NCBI GenBank assembly: GCA_001661245.1
Contig: KV454012.1
Location: 2,127,063 to 2,191,062, forward strand
Length of the DNA stretch: 64,000 nt
Direction: 5' to 3'
Source of the DNA: Pachysolen tannophilus NRRL Y-2460
Lineage: Eukaryota
In this document: piece after piece, positions 48,425-59,167 of the stretch
Layout of the letters: every line of letters begins with the position of its first letter
How positions within the stretch are numbered: position 1 is the stretch's first letter
The notes under the pieces: model-generated
What the model was told of the DNA's origin: nothing
Seen by the model: only the letters and a program-made list of their open reading frames with translations
Databases searched by the model: none
Position numbers and translations under genes: made by a program

Positions 48425-49363
48425 CTATTTGGGAGTCGGCACTTTTCCAGGACATTCTAAATCACGGTAATATTGATAACCAGCATGGGGACCAAAATCA
48501 GAGTATCTTATGGAATAACCCAAATTTGAAAGGGCTTTAAAATCTTCATCCTCTAGTTCTAATTCATCGCCGATCAAATTTTCTTCAATTCTTGAAGGAG
48601 TAACTGATTTGGCAAGAACTGAAGTATTTCTTTTCAAACCCCAAGCAATTAGAATTTGAGCTGGAGTTTTTGAAATTTTTTTGGAAATTTCCATAACAAT
48701 TGGATGTTCTAAACATTTTGGTTCATTTTCCAACAGATAACATTCATTTTGATTACCAAATGGAGAGTATGCAGTAACGTGGATGTTATTATCTGTATGG
48801 ATTTTCAAGAACTCATCTTGTTTTAAATACGGATGCATTTCTAATTGGTGAACCAGAGGTTTCACTTTACAATTAGCTAATAATCTTTCAAGTTCTGAAT
48901 TACAGAAATTACTTATTCCTATAGATCTAACCTTGCCAGTTTCTAACAATTTTTCCATTGCAGCCCATGTTTCTAGGTAATCAATATCAGAAAAAATAGT
49001 TTCACCTTTTTCAAAAGTTTCCTTATCACTAGCAGCTGGATAATGCATTAGATACAAGTCAACGTAATCTAAACCCAATTTTTGTAAACTTTTTTCAAGA
49101 CCAACTGGAACATCTTCAGCTTTATGCATAGAGTTCCATAATTTCGTGGTAACAAAAATATCTTCTCTTTTAACATTACTTTTTCTAATACCTTCACCTA
49201 CTTGGTCTTCATTACCATAAATAGTCGCAGTATCAATATGTTTATACCCTTTCTTTAAAGCATACTCAACAGCTTTGGCAGCATCATTATTATGTGATTG
49301 CCAGGTTCCAAGACCGAAAAGTGGCATTTCAACACCATTGTTAAGAATCGTGGTTTTTACCAT
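48425..49363 (-). CDS. NADPH-dependent aldo-keto reductase (Gcy1/Ypr1-like)
   Basis: GLGTW, HIDTA..Y, VTTKLW, DLYLMHYP (tetrad intact), SIGISNF, AKSVTPSRI..N. Confidence 0.92.
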   Translation of the reverse strand: MVKTTILNNGVEMPLFGLGTWQSHNNDAAKAVEYALKKGYKHIDTATIYGNEDQVGEGIRKSNVKREDIFVTTKLWNSMHKAEDVPVGLEKSLQKLGLDYVDLYLMHYPAASDKETFEKGETIFSDIDYLETWAAMEKLLETGKVRSIGISNFCNSELERLLANCKVKPLVHQLEMHPYLKQDEFLKIHTDNNIHVTAYSPFGNQNECYLLENEPKCLEHPIVMEISKKISKTPAQILIAWGLKRNTSVLAKSVTPSRIEENLIGDELELEDEDFKALSNLGYSIRYSDFGPHAGYQYYRDLECPGKVPTPK

Positions 49364-49589
49364 TTTCTTATAAACACTAAAGAGAAGGAAAAAAATGGAG
49401 TGGTGGGTGGGGGGTTAGGATGAAAAAATATATAAAAAAAAAAAAAAAAAAAGATAAAAGAAATTACTTTTATCAATTTAAATAATGAGGACCTTCCAAA
49501 CTCCTAGTAGATTTTCACATTTTTGAATATTCTCTTTGAATTGAAATGATTCGTTTGAATATTTAATCTCTTCGTTATGCTTGGTTAGC

Positions 49590-49657
49590 CTTATCTGTGG
49601 TGGAGAATTGATAAGAAAGGTGGGCACTTTCCCGATTTAGAATGATTATGCCCACCT
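49590..49657. promoter_or_regulatory. AKR promoter: GATA sites plus GGTGG(G/A) motifs
   Basis: CTTATC 49590, TGGTGGAG 49598, GATAAGAAAGGTGGGCAC 49610-49627, inverted ATGCCCACCT 49648. Confidence 0.6.
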
Positions 49658-50118
49658 CTTCAACTGCTCGAAATGGGTAGTATTTATCTTAACATTACGG
49701 AGATATCTACTAAAGACAGATTCTAATTAAAAAATCAATAGCTTCTTTCTTCATGTATCATCTATAGATTGTAGGCTATATTAGATGTCGAAAGGATAAA
49801 GTTAACAAAATCTTAAAGGGGATTTGAAAGGATGCATATAAAATCTTTGAACGAATTAGATCTATTTCTATGTTGAATCTAAAAAAATGTTTAGTACCAC
49901 TAAATAAATATCTCAATACATTAAGCAAAATACTCTGATTGCAGAAGTTAATCAAAAAAAAAGAAAGATATATATAAAAAAAGCCAATGAAATATTTGAA
50001 TTAAAAAACGCCACCAAGTAAAAATCCAAAATAATAAAAAGTGTTTAATAACTACCCTAATAAAAGTAACAAAATTTTCCAAGGAATATCTAAAAATAAA
50101 TATAATAGGATTTTAAAA

Positions 50119-51807
50119 TTATTTCTTACTGTCAATAGTAATAGAAATCTTCTCAACAGACCCGCTACCCTCAATGTCGTCACTTAAGCCTGTATCACTG
50201 TCTAATTTGCTTATGGCAACACCGTCTTCCGTGTAAACTTCATCAACTTTAGTATCTGGCTGAATAGTAAAACCAGGGAAAATTAATTCCAACACTATTA
50301 AAGTTGTAGCACTAACAATAATACCCCAAGGATAAGACATTTTAAAGATTTTGTTCCATGCACCCCAATCCTTACCATCTGCTTCGGCGACTAAACCTGG
50401 CAAAGTGAAAGCAGTACCCATAATCCAAGCAACAGCTGCTCTCCAATCAAATCCGTGCCAGAACCAATAGATTGAAGAAGAATTACCAACGTATAAGTCT
50501 TGTAATAAAATTTTTCTTTTGTAAATGAAAAAATATTTAGCAATAATAATACCTGTTAAACCAGAACAGAAGCAGCCCCAACCATTACCAAGAATGATAA
50601 CAGCTGTAGCGTTTGCTTGTAATTTCCAAGGCCAACAAAGTAAACCAACAACGGCAACAATTAATGAAGCTCTCCTCATATTTAAATATTTTGGACATAA
50701 ACCAGCCAAATCCATACCTGTGGAAACAGAATTTAACAAAAGGTTAATAGCCAATTGCTGGCCAACAAATGCTAAACCACCAAAAAATACACCAGCTCTA
50801 GCAGCTTTTGAATTATTTTCGTAAGACTGAATAGCAGACAATACATTTAAAGGATTCCATACGGTTTCTCCAACAATATCGTTAACTGCAGAAGTAACTA
50901 AACAACCAATTAAAGAAGAATAAACAACAGCAATTGGAGCACCAATAAACTGAGCAGGAGCTGGGCCTCTCTTCGTTGTAGAATATCTTGCCCAATCAGA
51001 TTGTCCCAAGATACCAGTTCCAGCTGTACCAACGACACTAAAAATTGACATAACAACAGCCCATGCAACTTCAGCTTTTGTAGTCAACGTCGATGAATGT
51101 TCTGTTAACATAGCTCCAGCACCGCCTGCGGTCTTGATAGCCCATCCAAGAATTCCAAACATGGCACCAAATACTAGTACAAATGTAATTCTGAAAAAAG
51201 TTTGAATTTTTTCTGGAGGTATCATAATACATGGAATAAATAAAATCATATAGATCATTAATCCAACGAAATCAGCCGAAGTTATACCATTTTTATCATC
51301 AAAAGTATCCCATGTAGCATAACTTGGATTCATTGCAGCAATTACAACTCTCACTGCTTGTCCTCCATAATAAGCTTGAACACCAACCCAGACAATACCG
51401 GTACATAATCTTATGATAACTGGGAAATAAAAAGCAGGAAACTTACCTTTAAATCCACCTACACCCCAACAAAATCTTGAAATAACGGTAAACCCAATAT
51501 GATGATGAGAACCTATCCAACCCATAATAACTGCCATAAACCCATATATAATACCTGCAGCCACTGTGCAACCCAAGGCCTGTCTAACAGAAAGTCCGTA
51601 AGCAACGATAGTAGATCCAGTAGTCCAACCAGATATAGAGACACCTTCCACAATCCAGTAACTGAAATAACCCAAAGGAGTCCAAGTTCTACGTTCTGGT
51701 GGAATAGGAATCAAATCTCTATTGGTAAGCTTATCATTATCATAGAAAGACTGTTCATCTTTTGGAACTTCAAGTTTCTTTTTAAGTAATTCCCAAGAGA
51801 TCGTCAT
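50119..51807 (-). CDS. NCS1 nucleobase/allantoin/thiamine-type permease
   Basis: NRDLIPIPPERRTW...YFSYW, HIGF.V.SR..WG, SDWARY, P.Y.N.RR, PWKL; about 12 TM segments. Confidence 0.9.
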   Translation of the reverse strand: MTISWELLKKKLEVPKDEQSFYDNDKLTNRDLIPIPPERRTWTPLGYFSYWIVEGVSISGWTTGSTIVAYGLSVRQALGCTVAAGIIYGFMAVIMGWIGSHHHIGFTVISRFCWGVGGFKGKFPAFYFPVIIRLCTGIVWVGVQAYYGGQAVRVVIAAMNPSYATWDTFDDKNGITSADFVGLMIYMILFIPCIMIPPEKIQTFFRITFVLVFGAMFGILGWAIKTAGGAGAMLTEHSSTLTTKAEVAWAVVMSIFSVVGTAGTGILGQSDWARYSTTKRGPAPAQFIGAPIAVVYSSLIGCLVTSAVNDIVGETVWNPLNVLSAIQSYENNSKAARAGVFFGGLAFVGQQLAINLLLNSVSTGMDLAGLCPKYLNMRRASLIVAVVGLLCWPWKLQANATAVIILGNGWGCFCSGLTGIIIAKYFFIYKRKILLQDLYVGNSSSIYWFWHGFDWRAAVAWIMGTAFTLPGLVAEADGKDWGAWNKIFKMSYPWGIIVSATTLIVLELIFPGFTIQPDTKVDEVYTEDGVAISKLDSDTGLSDDIEGSGSVEKISITIDSKK

Positions 51808-52451
51808 ATTTATTTCCTTTTTTTGCGATTTCTTTTTTGAAGACCTCAACTTAAAATCTCAAACGATTTTAATTTTGATTGTGATTTTGATTCCAAATTT
51901 GACACTCGAAACATATGCTATAAGGCTAGATATATATATATATATATATAAGAAAATCTAATCTTTGATAATAACTTTGAATATGCTTGTAGTGTTTTTC
52001 ATTTCCGGAGTCTGCAGTATCTTATGCCCACAACTATTTTTTACTTGTTATAAGCTTAGAGATTTAGTATGTTTTCCTTTTGAAAAATCAACGGTGGAGA
52101 ACTTTTCAGTGAAAAATTATGATTTTTGGTGGGCTATCGAGCCGTTATCAAAAAAAAAATTATTATGTCCAAGATATACTGCTGTAATGTTGCTGATGAT
52201 AATAAAAGAAGGAAAATACCCCAGTTTCTCAACATTTTCACTTTTCATACAGTTGTTCATTTGATTATTTTCAATTCAAGATATTTGTAATTGAAGGATC
52301 TAAACAGGGATTAATATTAAAATTATGCTATAGATTAAGTACCGTATATTGAGTATTTAGTTATCGTAAAAATGTAAAATTGTAAAAATTTTGGAAGGGA
52401 CAAAAAGAGGACAAAAAGAAGAAAAAGAAAAAAAAATTTTTTTTGAGTCCC

Positions 52452-53483
52452 TTAATATGTTGCGTTTAATCTCATACTAAGATATTCTAAAGCGTTAATT
52501 GGCTCATATTTCTTTGGGTTTTCTTCAGAGTATGTTCCAGGTAAACAATCAATTGTCTTTGTTCTATCAGCGCTGATAAAGAATGGAATTGAGTATCTAA
52601 CTTTTGAGTATCCAGTTTCCGATATAATAGGTGGGGCTCTAACTCTATGTAAGGTAGATTTTAACAGGTTATTTGACCATCTCATAAGAAAATCACCAGT
52701 ATTTACTACGAGTGCACCGGGGACATAAGGAGCTGGAATGAAAACTCCTTTATGATATGGGTCTTCAACTTCTAAGCCTCCGCAACTATCTTGAAGTAAT
52801 AAAGTCATTGTACCGAAGTCTGTATGAGCAGCAATTCTTTCAGTAGAACCATTTCTTAAATCTTGTTCTTTTGTAGGTGGATAATGTAATAATCTAAGTT
52901 GATTTTCACTATCAATATGATAATTTAAGAAAAAATCTTCATTTAAGTCCATTCCAAGAGCAAGTGCTCTTAAAAAATATTTAGAAGTTAAAGTGGCTTT
53001 ATTATAATAATTTTGGCAACCCAGTTTAAAACCAGGAATATCTGTATCTTCTGGCCAAAAATTACAATAATATCCATCTTCTTTACCAACATCAAAAGAT
53101 TCTTTAACATCTGGATGTTTCCTCAAATTGGAAATCTCTTTTTCATCAAAAACCATTTGAACCACTTTTTCTTTACCAAGAGCTGACCAACCTCTATGAT
53201 GTGCACCATTTGGAGGATGAGGGCATTTAGATTTTTGTTCATCGGATAATTCAAAAAATTTCTTGGACCATTCAAAAATATCATCAATTTCTTTTTGCTC
53301 AATACCGTGATTAATAATATACATGAATCCAACTTCACGTAATACTTTTACCATTTGCTTACCAGTTTCTAATTTTTCTTCAGGTTTACCCGAAAAAAAA
53401 GGCGAAAAATCAATAATTGGGAGAGAAGAAGTCGGAGAAGTTGTTGTATCAACAACTTCAACTGTAGTGGTAACAGAGGACAT
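52452..53483 (-). CDS. 2-oxoglutarate/Fe(II) dioxygenase (IPNS / thymine-7-hydroxylase-like fold)
   Basis: LPIIDF, GFMYIINHGI, LRLLHYPP, HTD..H (STLHRV), RYS 2OG-binding motif. Confidence 0.92.
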   Translation of the reverse strand: MSSVTTTVEVVDTTTSPTSSLPIIDFSPFFSGKPEEKLETGKQMVKVLREVGFMYIINHGIEQKEIDDIFEWSKKFFELSDEQKSKCPHPPNGAHHRGWSALGKEKVVQMVFDEKEISNLRKHPDVKESFDVGKEDGYYCNFWPEDTDIPGFKLGCQNYYNKATLTSKYFLRALALGMDLNEDFFLNYHIDSENQLRLLHYPPTKEQDLRNGSTERIAAHTDFGTMTLLLQDSCGGLEVEDPYHKGVFIPAPYVPGALVVNTGDFLMRWSNNLLKSTLHRVRAPPIISETGYSKVRYSIPFFISADRTKTIDCLPGTYSEENPKKYEPINALEYLSMRLNATY

Positions 53484-53583
53484 ATTGGAAAACTACTTTA
53501 TTTGGAATATTACTCTACCTAGTAAGCTAACTTTTTCTTCTCTTCTGTTTTTGTTCTTTTTTGTTTTTGGGACTTCTGTAGAG

Positions 53584-53686
53584 CTTATCCGACTATATAT
53601 ATATATTTATGTTGAAGATCATCTTTACCCAAGCGTAGATAAGAAAAGGTGGGCACCTCTATTTTCTTGGTGGAGGATGTTTATCT
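53584..53686. promoter_or_regulatory. Dioxygenase promoter: GATA sites plus GGTGG(G/A) motifs
   Basis: CTTATC 53584, GATAAGAAAAGGTGGGCAC 53638-53656, TGGTGGAG 53668, TTATCT 53681. Confidence 0.6.
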
Positions 53687-53835
53687 TGCATATATTGTAT
53701 GCATGGTTATAAACGTTTGATTTCTTGACTATATTTAAAATCTGATCAAAATGATTAGAGTTATCATGTGATTTCATAAAATGTATGGGAATCAGTTTCT
53801 AAAAATTGAATTAAGGAACATGACATAGAATTTGC

Positions 53836-54705
53836 AGTTTAAGAAGATTATTACAACCTTATAAAGAAACACATAAAGAGTACCAGATGAATTGTTTCTC
53901 CCAGTATTCTAGATTTATTTCTTTACATGGGTTATTAAATATTTGCTATGATTTGAAATATAGAGGATTATTTGATTTAGGTATTTTAACCAAGAAAAGA
54001 TTATTTGACTTGGTTATTAGATTACAGCATGCATTTTTAAGTTGGAAAGATTATTTTGATAGGCATATCTCGATTACAAATAGATCTGAATGTGATGAAG
54101 TTTTAAACGACTATTCTGCATCTCCTATATTCTGGTCAAATTTAACAATTTTTAAAATTGCGTTAATTTCGTTGTATGTTGATACTTCTACAATATTGAA
54201 ATATTCATCAAATTTAAATGATCATAAACTTATCACAAAAATTCAAAATTGGACAAAATCGTCTGAGGGAGAATCATGCGTAATTGAAAGTTGTCGCTTT
54301 CTTATAATAGTCATAAATAATGTCGAAATAATCCATTCCGTTCCTCATGTTGCATATTGTACTTTTTTGGTATGTCTCATTCTTTGGTCTTTTGAAACAA
54401 ACAGGCAAATATCAGCTTTTAATTCTACAAATATGCTTACCCCATTAACACCAAGAAAATATTTTGATGCAGACAATAACTTATTAATTGAAACTGTAGG
54501 AAATGATGCAACAAATTACCTTTCTGGAATATTAGAAAACAACAATATCAATGTTGAAAATTTTGAAGAATACTGTACAAGACAACAGCAAGTGATTGCT
54601 TTAATCACTTATATTATTGGGATATTAAAAGAAAATTGTAGTTGGGAAAATATTGGTCCACGAATCGAAGTTTTAGAAAAGGTACTAAAAACTTATGATG
54701 AGTAA
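53836..54705 (+). pseudogene. C-terminal half of the C2H2/fungal-specific transcription factor, inverted relative to its N-half (first in-frame ATG 53887)
   Basis: Frame reads SLRRLLQPYK..CFSQYSRFISLHGLL..AF..WK..FD..PH.AYC.F...LILW, typical of the C-terminal part of such factors; no DNA-binding domain; stop-free from 53824. Confidence 0.65.
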
Positions 54706-54866
54706 ATATTTACAGTAGAGTATATATGTTTTCGTTTTTTCGTTTCTATTAAATTAACTAGTTTGATCTTATACAAGGTGGTAATATCACTATTTGTAGA
54801 ACCTTTGAAAAAAAAAAAAAAATTTTAAATCACTGTATCATTCCAAAGTCTCTATATCCTTTTTGC

Positions 54867-56553
54867 CTAATGAAAAATAAAAAAAGAAAAGAAAAAAAAA
54901 GAAAACCATAATTTAAGAAATAAAAAATTTGGCCATCTAGTTTCTATTTTGATACTAGATAATAATGGAGTATTTGAATTTGCATCATTTAGTTCAATAG
55001 ATGGTTTTTTTCTTGGATTTAAATTCTTAGGTTGTAAATCGTACTGTTCAAAAAACTCATTTAAATCACTTGCATTCCATACGTTATCTGTACAAGGTAG
55101 TTCCAAATTAATTTCAAAAATTGAAAGATGTTGATCAAGATTAAACAAAGCAGCATGCTGTGAATCACAAATATATGCAAAAAAAGCAGTTCTTTTACTT
55201 GTTTCATAAAGAATCCAGTCATTCCATGAACTTTTGTCGCTCACCAGAGGTTCAACCAAACCTTCTAAAAAACGTAAACTTTTCAATAAATTTATGTTTA
55301 AGCCATGGAAAAGTATGGATTTCTTTAATTGTAGGTCTGTTCCACAATATTTTCCAAAATAATTATTAAGTAACAAAGCTTGGAAAATACTTAATTCTAA
55401 ATTATCTTCAAAATTATTCACTTCATAAAGTAACAATTTTCTCAATGAATCATGAACTAATAATGAAATTTTATAATGACATGTATATTTACTGTATGCC
55501 ATTCCAATATTCAACATACTTACTAAAAGATAAATATTTGTCTTACTTGGGTCAAACGTTGGGAAATGGATAATTGGATAAATTGAATTGAATTCATTCC
55601 AATATAATTTTAAAAAATCGTCAAAGTCTTCAATTAATAAGGAATTTAAATCATCCAAGTTTAAAAGTTGTAATATTTGAAATCTAGTCTCTTCGCTTAA
55701 TAAGTTAAAATTATTCAAATTTGCTTGTTCTCGATTCATAGTAGATAATACTGGTGATAGACTTTCAAAAAATAATTTGTCAGGTTCAAATTCAAGGTTA
55801 TTTAAATTACCAAATAACCAACCATAATTATCGCGATATTCACTAAATGCATTGGGTGGGGTAGCTTTTTGATGAATACCAGAAGACTCAGTATCTATCC
55901 CTTGATTAAATAAATGATTTTGATTTTTCTCTTCCATCTTTGAATGTGATATATTTTCAAGTCCTAAAGTATCTGAGGCATTTTGCATTGGGTTAAATAT
56001 ATTCCGTAATGATAGATTTTTGGATGATGTATTAAGTGAACTATCTGTACCATAATCAAAAGATGAAGTTTCTTTAAATTCTTTTGACACAACTTTATTA
56101 CCAATTGATGAATTCAGTTCCAAATCATTCGTAATTTGGTCATTATATTTACATGGTATATCGGCTTTTCTCTTTTGATGAGATTTTGATTTGAAATGCC
56201 TAGAAAGGGAAGAAATGATACATTTATTCTTAGTAAATAATTCTCATTATTATAATCCAATAAATTGGAAAAATATAAATACTAACTTTATTAACAAATC
56301 TTTCCTTGCAAAACCCAGCTGACATTGACGGCAATTGAATGGTTTCACTTCGCTATCTAATATAAAAAGTTAGTAATTAAATTTCATCTAATCCATACAA
56401 AAATTTAAAATAAAATAAAATTGCATACGATTCCCTTTATGTCTCAATAAATAATCAACTCTAGCAAAAGATTTGTCGCAACCTGGATGTGAACATTTGA
56501 ATTTTTTCTCCTTTATCGAATTCTTCTTGATTAGATTATCTATTGAGTTGGAC

Positions 56554-56555
<2 letters not shown>
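54867..56555 (-). CDS. C2H2 zinc-finger plus Fungal_trans transcription factor, N-half; exons 56555-56429, 56356-56287, 56199-54867; truncated after WPNFLF
   Basis: Spliced fingers FKCSHPGCDKSFARVDYLLRHKGNH and FNCRQCQxGFARKDLLIKHFKSKSH; YW..F...YPIIH.PTF, W..YE..KRTAFFAYICDSQH, LPC...W; ends in an Phe-rich tail read from T-tracts. Confidence 0.8.
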
Positions 56556-56585
<30 letters not shown>

Positions 56586-57041
56586 CTAATTATGTTTAAT
56601 TTGATAGTATAATCTATAAGAGAAGGATCGCTATCTGAAAATTGTCAAATTTAGGCGAAATTTTTTTTCAATTAAAAAAAATAAATAAATACAAAAAAAA
56701 AACGGATTGAAGTCTTTCGTTCCTTAGTTATTTAATATTTAATATTAGTCCAGATAAAATTTCCTCTCTGAGGTTTTTTATTTAAAGTAAAATATTTATC
56801 ATACAGTACTGAAACACTGGCCTTCTGTTTACAAGCTGTACAGATTCCCGAATCGAAGAAATAAAAGAAGAATATAAAAAGTAGAAAAAGTATAAAGATA
56901 AAAAAGATAGATAAAATAAAATAAAGTAAAATAAAATAAAAAATTAAGAAAAAAAAGAAGAGAAAAGAAAAGACAAGAAATAGGGACAAACCAAATTGTA
57001 AGATTATCCTTGAAACGAATATTATTTAAAGATTTTAAAAA

Positions 57042-58592
57042 TTAGTAGGAATATTTAAACTCCAAATTCTCCATATCTGTTAAGTCAGCAAATTCGGAAT
57101 TTGGAATTTTTTGATAACTGTCACCTAATTCCAGTATTTTCTTAGCCTTCTTTTTATTTCTTAATGAAATGATGGTCAACATCAAAGAAGGAGCAATTAA
57201 ACACAATGTGAAAGTAGATACCATAACTTTCTTTGCTGTTGGATAATTATCTTCACTTTCTGAACCTAAGAAAGTTTGTGGTCCAATCATATTACCAGCA
57301 CAGAATCCAATTAAAAATACAGAGTTTAACGTAATTTTTTTAGTATAACCAGCAACATTTGTTGAAATACAAGAAGCCATAGTTGCATAACTAGCAGTAG
57401 AAAAATAAGACAAATAGTAACCAACCATTTGAGCTCCTTTAGGAGAACTGAAAGCCAATAAACAAAGTCCTGTGAACATACAAGAATTTATGAAAAGACA
57501 CATTGCAAGTCTACTAGGAACAAATTTTTGTTGAATAAATGCAAACAATAATGGGAAAACAATATCAATTCCACTTCCAACCATGTTCATCAAAAGAGCA
57601 TTTCCAGTAGAGAATCCAAAATTATCTTTCAATAAGATTGATCCGAAATTACCAATACCTCCATTTGGTATACCATAACCAATCATATAGAAAAGGAAAA
57701 GATATGTATTAGGATCCATTAATGCTTCTTTAAATTGATACATCTTGAAATAATGATTTCCAAAACCTTGATTATTAATTCTGATTCTTTCAACAACATA
57801 AACTTTTTCCTTTTCATTCAAAAACCAAGCTTTAACTGGAACATCAGGAATATGCAAATATGAAACAACAGCAAAGAAAATAGTAATCACACCTGTAATT
57901 ATATATAAAAGTCTCCAAGATGCAATCGCATTACTACCTCCATGTTTATACAAGCCATAAGCAATTCCTGAACCTAACATTGTACCAAAACCTTCGAATC
58001 CCAACCAAACACCACATCTAACATATTGTTCAGATTTTTTGTACCATTGAGAAGTTAAAAGAATATAAGCTGGAGTCATAAAACTTTCAAATATCCCAAG
58101 CAATGTACGACAAGCAAGAAATGATGCTGCTGAATGACAGGCACCGTGACAACAAATAACAACTCCCCAAGCAAGAATAGCCAGAGCTAAAGTTTTCGAT
58201 AAGGGAAACCTTTGCAACAGCATGTTTGCCGGAAATTCAAAAATTAAAAAACCAAGATAGAAAGAACTCGCAACCCATGAATATTCGCTACTACTCATGT
58301 TCAAATCCGTTTGTAAACCCATAATAGAAGCATATGAATTAGTCGACTTATCCATAAGTTGAATAGACATCAATATCGACATAATTGGCATAATGTAGCA
58401 ATCAATTTTACGAACAAGTTTTCTTTCAAACTCTTCATCGATTTCGATTTCCGGATCCTCGACAGCATACTTGTAAGCTAAATCAGCTTTTTTTTCATTA
58501 AATTCAACAGTCGTTAAAGATACAACATTTGTAACTGCTGCATGCTTTTCTAAATCAATAGCGCTACTTCTGGAAACAGCAGATTCAACCAT
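57042..58592 (-). CDS. MFS anion:cation symporter (Dal5 allantoate permease family)
   Basis: LVRKID..IMP, DK....A, EFP.N..LQRFP, R..LG.FE, WY...EQ..R, SWR, NVAGYTKK, GN.IGPQ.F, DLTD.EN..F.Y. Confidence 0.92.
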   Translation of the reverse strand: MVESAVSRSSAIDLEKHAAVTNVVSLTTVEFNEKKADLAYKYAVEDPEIEIDEEFERKLVRKIDCYIMPIMSILMSIQLMDKSTNSYASIMGLQTDLNMSSSEYSWVASSFYLGFLIFEFPANMLLQRFPLSKTLALAILAWGVVICCHGACHSAASFLACRTLLGIFESFMTPAYILLTSQWYKKSEQYVRCGVWLGFEGFGTMLGSGIAYGLYKHGGSNAIASWRLLYIITGVITIFFAVVSYLHIPDVPVKAWFLNEKEKVYVVERIRINNQGFGNHYFKMYQFKEALMDPNTYLFLFYMIGYGIPNGGIGNFGSILLKDNFGFSTGNALLMNMVGSGIDIVFPLLFAFIQQKFVPSRLAMCLFINSCMFTGLCLLAFSSPKGAQMVGYYLSYFSTASYATMASCISTNVAGYTKKITLNSVFLIGFCAGNMIGPQTFLGSESEDNYPTAKKVMVSTFTLCLIAPSLMLTIISLRNKKKAKKILELGDSYQKIPNSEFADLTDMENLEFKYSY

Positions 58593-59167
58593 CCTAATAT
58601 TGCTTCAACTACTAGGTACTCTTGGAGTAGTGATGTTTTTTGATGTCGATCTTATTTTGAAAGTCATAAGCTTTATATACGTTTATGAAAACATATATCA
58701 ATAGATATGAGTATCTGTTTATCTATCTTTCTATCCGACGTAAAAAATAATCGTAGAGATTCCTCGATTTGGATCAAGAGAAAGCCAAGAAACTGTGGTG
58801 ATGTAAAATGTAAAGTGTAACCTAAATTCATATCGATAAAGTTTCCTTTTTGGGACCTATCAGCAATATTTTTGGCCGATAAATCTTTTTGACTCTGAAA
58901 AATTTTTTAGTGATAGCGATGCGTCGTATCAGTTTCCTCTTTGGAGCTACAATGCATAATATTGCATATTTTGTTGATGATGTTGATTCATTTGAAAAAT
59001 TGAACCCTACAATAACTACAATAACATATGGTTCGACTTGAAAAATGGCCTATATGACTAACGTTCTAAGCAAATATATAACCTTTCCATTTATTCTCAG
59101 AACTTCTTTTTTTTTTTTCTCTTTTTTTCTTTCTTTTTGCTTTACCAAAAAAAAAAAAAAAGCAATT

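Noticed and set aside
53831..53837. TTTGCAG as a trans-splicing acceptor joining the two transcription factor halves
   Set aside because: There is no branch-point consensus upstream and no usable donor after WPNFLF in the N-half; inversion is the simpler explanation.
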